In this document: positions 1 through 9,832 of the stretch, one piece after another
Layout of the letters: every line of letters starts with the position of its first letter
How positions within the stretch are numbered: the first letter of the stretch is position 1
From: Nageia nagi
Lineage: Eukaryota; Plantae; Pinophyta
Direction of reading: 5' to 3'
DNA: 64,000 bases
NCBI GenBank assembly: GCA_050084985.1
Contig: JBITNC010000001.1
Location: 32,116,001 to 32,180,000, forward strand
The notes under the pieces: model-generated
The model's database searches: none
What the model saw: the letters and a program-made list of their open reading frames with translations, nothing else
Told to the model about the DNA's origin: nothing
Position numbers and translations under genes: made by a program

Positions 1-664
1 CGATGTGCTGATGATGAGCTACCTTTCCAACAGCATCGCAACCTGCAATGATGCCAAAAGAGGACCGCGGGGGATCCGTTTCAGTGATATAAGAGCACCG
101 GCGGTGTTCTTCCATTCACAAAGGAGCACCGACGGCCTTATCTTGATAGCTTTGACCTCTCAGTTAGGTCCAGTTCTTCAGTACAGATATCTCAGATAGC
201 AGTATAATATCAGAATTGATCGCAGATGTCAGGAGAGCTCGCGCAAGGAAGCACACAAACCACAGCCTTGTAGGCGGTACCAAGAGATACCTTAGGGGGT
301 AGCCACTTACAAGACCATACGCGGGATCATGTGTATCCTTGTTGTTGTGGACTTACTATTAGATCCCTTATTTATATAGATATAGGTAATACCGCCCATA
401 GGTCGGCGTGCATCCACATAAATAAGGTTAATTCACAAGATTTAAGATAAATACATCAATAAACAAGGTAATTCATGCAATACTCAAGATAAACCATGCA
501 ATATTCAAGATAACCCATGCAATATTCAAGATAACCCATGCAATATTCATATTCAAGCCAAACATTGATATTATCACTTTAATCCATTCAAGACATATAG
601 TTAAGCCAAGCATATTTCATTAATTCATTGATTTAAAAGCATAAATCATTTTTATGTGTTAACA
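1..664 (-). repeat. 3' LTR of the Tat-like element (partial; about 209 bp lie before the window)
   Basis: Matches 7297-7963; ends ...GTGTTAACA at 664 (TGTTAACAC start on the minus strand). Confidence 0.93.
475..550 (+). repeat. 21-bp tandem repeat inside the LTR (CATGCAATATTCAAGATAACC, ~3.5 copies; also ~7772-7847)
   Basis: Read directly in both LTRs. Confidence 0.85.
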
Positions 665-680
665 GATGCCCCACTTTGGA
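665..680 (-). other. Polypurine tract of the Tat-like element
   Basis: Minus strand reads AAAGTGGGGCATC immediately before the LTR start TGTTAACAC. Confidence 0.7.
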
Positions 681-1014
681 TGTGAAATCGAAAGAAACAT
701 GAGGTGACCTGAGATTTTTCATTCAAAGTAAAAACACAACATCATAGCAAGCAATTTTGATAAGCAATGATAAACACTAACCATTTAAACATCATCATGA
801 TAAGCTTATAGGTTGAGAAAACTCCCTTTTGATATTACCTTGGGCATGCCTTGCCCCTTGCGTTTTGCTGTAGAAGGTGATAGCATGATATGTCTGATAA
901 CCTGATAATCTTGCTGCAATGCTGATGACCCAAGACAACATGCTTGACAACACACATAACAATGACGGGACAGACGACTTAACCACACATGCCGGCCGGA
1001 CAACAACTCGACAA

Positions 1015-1165
1015 GACCAACTCACAAGACAAGACATGATAACACACATGACCAACTCACAAGACAAGACATGATAACACACATGATCAACTCACAAGAC
1101 AAAACATGATAACACACATGATCAACTCACAAGACAATACATGACAACACACATGATCAACTCAA
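1015..1165 (+). repeat. 35-bp tandem array (GACCAACTCACAAGACAAGACATGATAACACACAT, ~4.3 copies)
   Basis: Unit starts at 1015, 1050, 1085, 1120, ~1154. Confidence 0.92.
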
Positions 1166-1186
1166 GATAACCATAACCAAACACAG

Positions 1187-1735
1187 GGGAGAGCTAAGTT
1201 CCACACAACTGAGCCCTCGCATCAAGAGGTGTACTACAGTTACCGAAGAACTGAACTCCGCAAAACAAATGATAAGCTGATAGTGGGAGAGCTAAGTATC
1301 CACACAACTGAGCCTCACATCAAGAGGTGTACTCCAATTGCCGAGGAACCGAACTCCGCAAAACAAGTGATAAGCTGATAATGGGAGAGCTAAGTATCCA
1401 CACAACTGAGCCCTCACATCAAGAGGTGTACTCCAGTTGCTGAAGAACCAAACTCCGCAAAACAATGATAAGCTGATAGGGAGAGCTAAGTTCCATACAA
1501 CTGAGCCTTCGCACCAAGTTGCATAAGAACCGAACTCTGCAAAACAAGTGATAAGCTGATAGGGAGAGCTAAGTTCCATACAACTGAGCCTTCACACTGG
1601 CTGTAGTCACATAAGAACCGAACTTCGCAAAACAAATGATAAGCTGATAGGGAGAGCTAAGTTCCATACAACTGAGCCTTCACACTGGCTGTAGTCACAT
1701 AAGAACCGAACTCCGCAAAACAAATGATAAGCTGA
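1187..1735 (+). repeat. 83-99-bp tandem array, 6 units, conserved block plus variable segment
   Basis: GGGAGAGCTAAGT(A/T)... unit starts at ~1187, 1284, 1383, 1479, 1562, 1650. Confidence 0.92.
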
Positions 1736-2058
1736 CTATGGGAGCTGGGACTCCACTCATAGCCACATGATAAGCACATGATAAGCTGACTATGGGAGCT
1801 GGACTCCACTCATAGCCACATGATAAGCACATGATAAACTGACTATGGGAGCTAGACTCCACTCATAGCCACATGATAAGCACATGATAAGCTGACTATG
1901 GGAGCTGGACTCCACTCATAGCCACATGATAAGCACATGATAAACTGACTATGGGAGCTAGACTCCACTCATAGCCACATGATAAGCACATGATAAGCTG
2001 ACTATGGGAGCTGGACTCCACTCATAGCCACATGATAAGCACATGATAAGCTGACTAT
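1736..2058 (+). repeat. 53-bp tandem array (CTATGGGAGCTRGACTCCACTCATAGCCACATGATAAGCACATGATAARCTGA, ~6 copies)
   Basis: Period of 53 read directly. Confidence 0.93.
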
Positions 2059-2657
2059 GGGAGCTGGACTCCACTCAAAAGCATGATAATCTGATCACGG
2101 GAGCTAGACTCCACTCACAAGCATGATAATCTGATCACGGGAGCTAGACTCCACTCAAAAGCATGACAATCTAATCATGGGAGCTGGACTCCACTCACAA
2201 GCATGAAAATCTAACCATGGGAGCTGGACTCCACTCACAAGCATGATAATCTGATCACGAGAGCTAGACTCCACTCAAAAGCATGACAATCTAACCATGG
2301 AGCTAGACTCCACTCAAAAGCATGACAATCTAATCATGGGAGCTGGACTCCACTCACAAGCATGAAAATCTAACCATGGGAGCTGGACTCCACTCACAAG
2401 CATGATAATCTGATCACGGGAGCTAGACTCCACTCAAAAGCATGACAATCTAACCATGGGAGCTAGACTCCACTCACAAGCATGATAATCTGATCACGGG
2501 AGCTGGACTCCACTCACAAGCATGACAATCTAACCATGGGAGCTGGACTCCACTCACAAGCATGATAATCTGATCATGGGAGCTGGACTCCACTCACAAG
2601 CATGACAATCTAACCATGGGAGCTGGACTCCACTTACAAGCATGCTAATCTAATCAC
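2059..2657 (+). repeat. 40-bp tandem array (GGGAGCTRGACTCCACTCAMAAGCATGAHAATCTRAYCAY, ~15 copies)
   Basis: Period of 40 read directly. Confidence 0.93.
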
Positions 2658-2972
2658 TCAAGTCTGCAAACACAAAAACTCAAAGCAATATTCTCCTGGA
2701 TATATCACTCGTAAAACATCTATGATGCACTCATGATACTCAATAAGCTGATTTTCTAGATAAAGGAACACGGGCGGTCCTTTCTTGCTGACTTAGAACG
2801 TCGGTGGCCTTCTGTAAGACCGCGGGTAGTCCTTTTCTTGAGGACTCATCAAAAATCGTGAAAATCAGGTCTCTGCGAATCACTCCTGGATTCCAGATTG
2901 ATGCTTAATTGCTTGTCCACGCATACCAAATGCTTAAATCGAAATTCATCTTGAAGTGTGTGCCCTAACCTT

Positions 2973-2982
2973 TCTATAAAAG
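2973..2982 (+). promoter_or_regulatory. Putative TATA box of the antisense PMD gene
   Basis: TCTATAAAAG ~150 bp upstream of the ATG at 3128. Confidence 0.55.
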
Positions 2983-3127
2983 GGGCCCCACCCTTCCTCA
3001 TTTGTTCACCCTATCATTTTCATAGCTGAGAGCATCCTAAAGCTTGAGAGACTGATTCAGAGAGGTTTAGCGGGTGATTTTGTCACTATCACTTGGGGAT
3101 TCTTCCTGTATTGCTGTGTTGCACGCT

Positions 3128-5388
3128 ATGGCCCTACCTATCACACGCTGAGCTAGACACAGAGCTGCATTGGTAGCTGATTCTCCTGCTGGTCATCAGG
3201 TACGTTGCATTTCCTACCTTTTCCTTGCTATGCTTTTGCTTGTCTTCTGATTTTTAGCTGCTTATACACTAGTTTCCTAAACTGCCCCTAGGGTTTTCCT
3301 GTTGCAAACCCTAGCCCTACGTTTTTCCTTTTCACTCTATTTTTCCGAATTTTTGGTATTATGGCTGCACTAAGCTCATCCGTACAAACCTGTGCCCCGA
3401 ATTTCATCCCCTTATTCATGAAAATAGGACCGCTGGCGGTCCTTTCTACCCTAGTTTGGACCGTGGGCGGTCCTTCTCACCTGATCTAGACCGTGGGCGA
3501 TCCTTCTCACCAGTACTATTTTTGTTATTACGTGTTTTATACCTTGACACTAACTTGTCTTTTGTCATTCTTTTCTTGCAGGACCGTGTATACCTCATGC
3601 GACCATCCGGCAAGAGTGCTGCCTTCACCACTGCCCAACAGTGGCCCCAAACTGACGCAGCCCGGAGTATTCTAGAGGATATTTCATTCAGCCACCTTGC
3701 ATTTGCTGAATATGTGTTTCATGACCGCAACATGCTTACAGCTTTGATGGAGAGTGGGATCCGAATTCCAACACCTTTCATCTTCCCACTGGTGAGATTA
3801 CAGTAACCTTAGAGGATATCTACAGGATCACTAGGCTTCCTATCAGGGGAAACTAGTGAACATGATTCCTGTTCCGAGCTTGGAACAGGCAGAGGTATGG
3901 GCTACATGGCTGACGGGATCAGACGAGGTGAATCACAGGAAGAGGGATGTGTCACTAGTGAGACATGTGCTAGAGGATCCTCCAACATGGGGGGACCTGC
4001 GGATGAGGCTCCTCATTGCCTAACTTCTAGATGCTATTGTCTATCCAGACAAGAGTAGTGAGACCTTCCCAGTGGGTATGATTCCTATTATTTAGGACAT
4101 GGTTATTCACAGACAGCGATATGCATGGTGCCACCGCAATACTGGCACAACTTTATCATGATCTCCATGGCTTTGCGGAGGTGGAGAGAAAGGGGAGACA
4201 GGTGGCTCACTCTATGATCCTACAGGTGTGGGCCTATGAGCACATCACTATTTCTAGACCGACTATACTGCCCTTAGACCAGCCAGATGATTCCCCCACC
4301 TGGCAATGGTGGGCGACGACCGAGGTACCAGACTTCCCTAACATAGACCTAGAGGGATGGCGTGTGCGACTTGACTTACTACAGGAGGTGCAGATCTACT
4401 GGCGTCCTTATCGGGGAGGTGTACCAGAGTGGGAGGAAGACCTAAAGGAGATGATATGGGTGAGACACCCTACCTATCTACAGGCACAGAGGGCACTAGT
4501 GGAGCCATACAGGCCAGAGCGGGTACTCCACCAATTCGGCCTCCAGCAGGGTATTTTGGATGACTGCAGGATAGTAGTGCGCTACTACCGTAGCAGGCAC
4601 CTCCCAGAGGATATGAGCTAGTACCAGACTGGGACCCAGACTGGGAGTCCCCCAGCGAGGACTCCGACTATGATGTGGATGAAGACATAGATGGACCTGA
4701 TCATACCGAGGACTATCTAGACTGGTGGAGGACACGCTGCCCTCACCACATAGGCATTCACGATACTGACGTGGGAGACGATGCATGGGAGGATGAGGAC
4801 CCAAGAGACACAGAGACTGGGTGGGACACTCCCTTCACCATGGGAGGATGGGGAGGGAGAGTAGCTCTTCATACGCTCGTGACACATCTCTAGATGCAGG
4901 GCATGACGACAATGAGGAGATTGATCCGGACCAGGACGAATATGAACCTGAATACAAGACAGAATCAGACTGGGAGGATGAAGCCTACGAGGAAGATGAC
5001 GATGGTAAACTACTTTCTCTTTTACTTTTCTTTGACTTTCTATTTTTCATAATACGCAAGGAACTAACATGATATATTAATGCTATGTCACAGATCCAGA
5101 GGTTGAGATTGCTAGGCTGCGTAGCCAAATCGACCAGAAGGATGAGGAGATCAGAGAGCTACAGGGCCGTCTACGGTTTGGAGGAGGAGACTATGTCGGT
5201 ATCTATCAGGACTTACAGGCGGCTAACAAAGAAATCAAGGTCCTCTACGAGCAGCTTCGCCAGGCCGAGAGACAGATCGGCGAGGAGAAGGCCCGCGCAG
5301 AGAAATACAGGGCACGGTGCGGGGGGGCACCTCTAGCAGGGCTACTAGCTCTAGTGTAGGGGGTGGGGGGTCTAGTAGGAGACTCTAA
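3128..5388 (+). pseudogene. Plant mobile domain (PMD; MAIN/MAIL-like, aminotransferase-like) gene with 3 exons (3128-3199, 3582-5004, 5094-~5358/5388); disrupted in this copy
   Basis: Across frameshifts it reads ALMER-WDPNSNTFHLPTGEITVTLEDIYRITRLPIRG, YPDKS, YAW(G)ATAILAQLYHDL, LQVWAYEH, WRPY, VEPYRPERVLHQFG, YLDWW, then an acidic tract and a coiled-coil exon. Intron 3200-3581: CAG|GTACGT...CACTAAC...TTGCAG. Intron 5005-5093: G|GTAAAC...AACTAAC...CACAG. Premature stops at ~3149, 4021, 4093. Confidence 0.88.
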
Positions 5389-5676
5389 ATCATTCTATGT
5401 AATCTCATCCAGTTTGCATTGTAAACAAAAACATTTTGAGCATGATATATATATAAAATACATACTTTGGTACCTGATTTGTTCTTTGCTCATGTACTTG
5501 TGATGCGTGAATTTTGATGTTCCGTGATCCTTGCGAACGAATGCCAACGATACGATCTAAAATCCTGACCTTTCATGTTGCAAACGTGCGTGGAATCTTT
5601 TGCTTTTCTCTGTTTATCTACCAAAAGAGGACCACCGGCGGCCCTATTGTCACGAAATACAACGCCGATGCTCCTG

Positions 5677-6996
5677 TTAAACGTCATAAATCTTCCCAAT
5701 CTCCATGATGTCCGTTAATGACCTGGACCAATTGCGTGTTCCTCTCTCTTTTTTTTTTTTTTTATATATATATTTCAATCTACCAAATGATACCCCCGGG
5801 GGGCCTGGCGCTTCCCCCGGTGTCAACCTTGCAAGCATCTTCAAGAAAGATCGTATTGATATGCTGTTCTTCTCCTGTATCTTTAATTTTTTCTGGACAT
5901 ACATAGAATCCATCTTCTATGAGCTTCTGTATTCTATCTCTAAGGTTCCCACATCCATTAGTGGCATGACCTTTAGCCTGATGATATTCACAATACCTGT
6001 CTTCCTTATACCAATGAGGTTTTTCTGCTGTAGGATCCTCTTCACGCTTTGGCAAAAGTTGTAATAACCCCTTTTCCACAAGGTCTTTTAGGATATGTCT
6101 TGGAGGTATAGGAAATCTCACATATTTCTTTCCCTTTGTCTCACTTGCCTTTTCAGCTACATGGACATATTTCTCTTTCTTTGGCGATTGTGATCTCTTA
6201 TCCTTTGTTTTTTCCTTTTCATTGTTACCATACTTTACAAGCCCTAGCTTCACAAGGACTTTTTCTTTCTCTAGCAATTTATATGTTTATATCGGAAAAT
6301 GTGAGATGTGTATAATCAATAACATATGATTGTAGGGGCAATATAACAGCTTCTTTAAAAATGTTATTTACCTCTTTTTCTGTTAACTTGGTCTTTACCT
6401 GCTGCCATGTCTTTTTAAACCTTACAACAAATTTATCCAGTTGCTCATCACTGTCCTGTTTAATAGCACATAAATCTGATAGCATAACCTCCTTCTTGAT
6501 GTTATGCTTATATTGCTCCAGAAAGAAATCACTGAATTCTACAAATGATGTAATGGACCCTTCAGGTAAACCATAAAACCATTCTCGTGCATCTCCTTCC
6601 AAGCTCTGAGGGAAGAATTTAGCCTGCAATCTTTGGTCTGTACCAATTGTGAGTTCACATTCATCCTTAAATCCTTGTATATGTCTCCTTGGATCTCCTC
6701 CGCCATTGAACTTACTGAATTTTGGCTTGTTGTAATCGGCTGGTGGCATATGCCTACGAATGTCATCACATAAAGGACTACCAAATTCAAAGACTCATTA
6801 GGCGGAGCTGATCTCCTTGTCAATCTATCTATCTGCCTCTGCATACCTTCCATTGTAGCCTGAACATTACTATTGTCACCCTCAGCACTATGTTGCATTC
6901 CTCCGGATCCTCCAAATCATCATGTCTAATTTCTACCAATAATTCATCCAAATCCCTTTTTGAAAGACTACGCAAGAATAACTTGAGCTGATCCAT
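5677..6996 (-). pseudogene. gag: Retrotransposon Gag (Tat/Ogre type), frameshifted
   Basis: KFSKFNGGGDPRRHI...FPQSLEGDAREWFYGLPEGSITSF (retrotrans_gag) and the knuckle YCEYHQAKGHATNGC. Pieces in 3-4 frames from the ATG at 6996; ends without a protease. Confidence 0.9.
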
Positions 6997-7067
6997 GATT
7001 AAACACTCTCAAAATAGATATTAGTTCTAACTAAAACCTTTAGGGTTTTTAGCACAATGATGTGTAG

Positions 7068-7085
7068 TTCATGTCGGGTTCACCA
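7068..7085 (-). other. Primer binding site complementary to tRNA-Trp
   Basis: Plus strand TTCATGTCGGGTTCACCA vs plant tRNA-Trp 3' end TTCACGTCGGGTTCACCA (recalled; 1 mismatch), 2 nt from the LTR. Confidence 0.8.
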
Positions 7086-7087
7086 AA

Positions 7088-7963
7088 TGTTTACAAATAA
7101 AAATTGAGAGCGCAAATAATAACTAAGCAATTATCTACACACTCAATGTTATCTGTATTCTTGCTACGGATAGCGATTTATTCTAGATAATCATAAACAA
7201 CATAACCAATTCAGAAGTATGCTTGTATCAACCAAGACTGTGATTTGTGTACTTACCTCACGGAACGTACCTGACAACAGAAGATGTAGATATTAGCGAT
7301 GTGCTGATGATGAGCTACCTTTCCAACAGCATCGCGACCTGCAATGATGCCAAAAGAGGACCGCAGGCGGTCCGTTTCAGTGATATAAGAGCGCCGGCGG
7401 TGTTCTTCCATTCACAAAGGAGCATCGGCGGCCTTATCTTGATAGCTTTGACCTCTCAGTTAGGTCCAGTTCTTCAGTACAGATATCTCAGATAGCAGTA
7501 TAATATCAGAATTGATCGCAGATGTCAGGAGAGCTCGCGCAAGGAAGCACACAAACCACAGCCTTATAGGCGGTACCAAGAGATACCTTAGGGGGTAGCC
7601 ACTTACAAGACCATACACGGGATCATGTGTATCCTTGTTGTTGTGGACTTACTATTAGATCCCTTATTTATATAGATATAGGTAATACCGCCCATAAAGG
7701 GCGGCGTGCATCCACATAAATAAGGTTAATTCACAAGATTTAAGATAAATACATCAATAAACAAGGTAATTCATGCAATACTCAAGATAAACCATGCAAT
7801 ATTCAAGATAACCCATGCAATATTCAAGATAACCCATGCAATATTCATATTCAAGCCAAACATTGATATTATCACTTTAATCCATTCAAGACATATAGTT
7901 AAGCCAAGCATATTTCATTAATTCATTGATTTAAAAGCATAAAATCATTTTTATGTGTTAACA
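7088..7963 (-). repeat. 5' LTR of the Tat-like element (876 bp)
   Basis: TGTTTACA...TGTTAACA termini, flanked by the PBS and the Copia junction. Confidence 0.93.
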
Positions 7964-8975
7964 ACAAACACAAGACCGGATTTGCAATTTAGTGTATCTT
8001 TGATGGCAAGATACATGAGTGATCCATCTGCTGTACATCTCAAGGCAGTGAAAAGAATACTGAGGTATGTGAAGGGAACCATTGATTATGGAATACATTA
8101 TACATGTGATTCCAAGCTCCAACTCACAGGTTTCAGTGATAGTCATTGGGGCAACGATTTGGATGATAGAAAGAGCACAAGTGGGAATTGCTTCTCTCTT
8201 GGATCAGGTTTGATATCATGGAGCTCTCGAAAACAATCTACAGTAGCTCTTTCTAGTACGGAAGCTGAGTATGTGGCTGTGACAAGTGCTTCAACACAAG
8301 CACTATGGTTGAGAAAGTGTTGAAAGAAATTGGAGAGGAGCAAACTCAAGAAACAACAATTTTTTGTGACAACCAAAGTGCCATCAAGTTGGCACACAAT
8401 CCTATCCACCATTCTAGAACCAAGCACTTTGATTTGAAGATTCATTTCATTCGAGATTTGGTGGAGAAAGGAATGATAAAATTGAGGTATTGTCCAACAC
8501 AAGACCAAGTGGCGGATATCTTCACAAAATCGGTGGCAAAATCTCAATTTATGCTGTTAAGAGACTTGATTGTTAGTCCTCTTACCAGCAAGGGGGAGTA
8601 TGAAGAATTTGAAGACCAACCGACCGGCTACCTGTAACCGGCCAACCAGCTAATAAGTGAACCGGCCACTCGGCTAAGCAGCTGGCCTGCCGGCTAGTTC
8701 TATTTTCTATGTATGACGTTTTTCCTTCCTGTGGCTTTCCAGTTCATGTTTCTTGGTGTTTCAGCTTCTAGGCTGAAGGGAAAAGGTCACCTACAGCCTC
8801 TATAAATGTTTGTAATGTATTTTGCAGCATCATCGAAGTGTGTGGAGTTGTATTGGAGTTGTAGCTTGCATTCTCAATAATCAATTTGGTGTTGGATTCA
8901 ATTTCAGTTCTCCATTGTTGTTGAGTTGTGCAATTTCGTTTTTCTGAGTTGTATTGCGAATTGTTAGGCAATTCA
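7964..8975 (+). mobile_element. 3' part of a Ty1/Copia element (RT end, RNase H, PPT, 3' LTR 8601-8975), interrupted by the Tat-like element
   Basis: TNTRPDLQFSVS...SSTEAEY...CDNQSAI...HSRTKHF...QVADIFTK. PPT AAGGGGGAGTA ends at 8600; putative LTR TGAAG...ATTCA. Confidence 0.9.
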
Positions 8976-9115
8976 TTTTTTTTTGTTATAGTTAAAGAAC
9001 TTCAATAAAATCAAAATATGACACTAAAAGTATGAGAGCAAAAATTGTTATGCTTGAAAATACTCTATTTGATAAAGAAAATGAGCAATAAAATATTCTC
9101 CAAGAAAATAAATAT

Positions 9116-9832
9116 TGTTAACACCTAAAATGAAATTTTGTTTTAATTAAAAAATATTTTTAGATATTTGAAATAATTTATTAAATAAACACTCTTTTCC
9201 ATGTACACTCTCACCTATCTTTATGTTTTGTGATAACAGGTCAGATTAGTATCACAATAAGCCTAACGAGGAGCCATAGCACTAGACCTATTACTTATAA
9301 AGATGGAGGAGATAGGCATGATCAAAGATATGACATGACATGTTATAATACCAAATCCTTGATAGGTAGTAATATACATGTATCAATCTTAAACAATATT
9401 TCTTAATTCCACATATCATATTTAGATTTTGTTATCCTTTAAGATTTGAATTTCTATGATCTTTCATCCCTTCACAATCAATATTTGACACATCAAAGGT
9501 AGTACAATGACATCAAGTGAAAGGGTGGGGTATTTTGGAATGGTATCCAGGCATTATCGATGGGTTTTTATTACTACCATTGGGTTAAGATCAGATTAGT
9601 AGTTTCATGTTTTAGGAAACCTCATCATTCATCCTCTTTTAATCAAATTTTACCTTCATTCTTCATCACAGGTAAAGTATATATTTGTATCTTTTGTAAA
9701 TCCAATTTTGATTGGTCAAGGTCAAGTAGGTCATTTTCATATTTAATGTCATTGATTTCCTATTATTCATAGTTAATTGGTAAAATTAATTATTTGTAAA
9801 TAATCCTAGTAATTATTATTTCAGCTATAATA
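9116..9832 (+). repeat. Old, probably solo, LTR of the TGTTAACAC-starting Tat lineage
   Basis: Collinear similarity with LTR 54250-55006 (CACTCTCA.CTA.CTTTATGTTTT, TATAAAG.TGGA.G, AATCCTTGATAGGT, AAGGTCAA.TAG.TCATT). No clear TSD. Confidence 0.72.

Larger units (their letters stand above)
1..7963 (-). mobile_element. Non-autonomous Ty3/Gypsy (Tat/Ogre-like) LTR retrotransposon with gag and an antisense PMD gene, no pol; 3' LTR cut by the window start
   Basis: Direct repeats 1-664 and 7297-7963 with about a dozen differences. PBS next to 7088, PPT next to 664, gag on the minus strand. No protease/RT/RNaseH/integrase motifs between gag and the PPT. Right junction interrupts a Copia RT reading frame. 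Confidence 0.93.

Noticed and set aside
5-199. Duplicated small ORFs (5-199/7247-7495; 31748-32110/38474-38864; 57764-58024/62753-63013)
   Set aside because: They lie within LTR pairs, so the duplication is explained by the LTRs; no protein motifs.
795-1579. Minus-strand ORFs 795-1082, 806-1006 and 1292-1579
   Set aside because: Translations of tandem repeats with no domain signal.
1187-1735. tRNA/SINE-like Pol III units (minus strand GGCTCAGTTG ... GAGTTCGGTTC resembling A/B boxes)
   Set aside because: No cloverleaf, imperfect B box, and a TTTT run between the boxes; not supportable without a covariance search.
1187-2657. CRISPR array
   Set aside because: Eukaryotic retroelement context, no cas genes, spacers are duplicated and related, and most units have no spacer.
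1187-2657. Hammerhead ribozymes (retrozyme) or miR159/319 target mimics
   Set aside because: No CUGANGA...GAAA core with proper stems seen; similarity to miR159/319 is limited to GGGAGCT.
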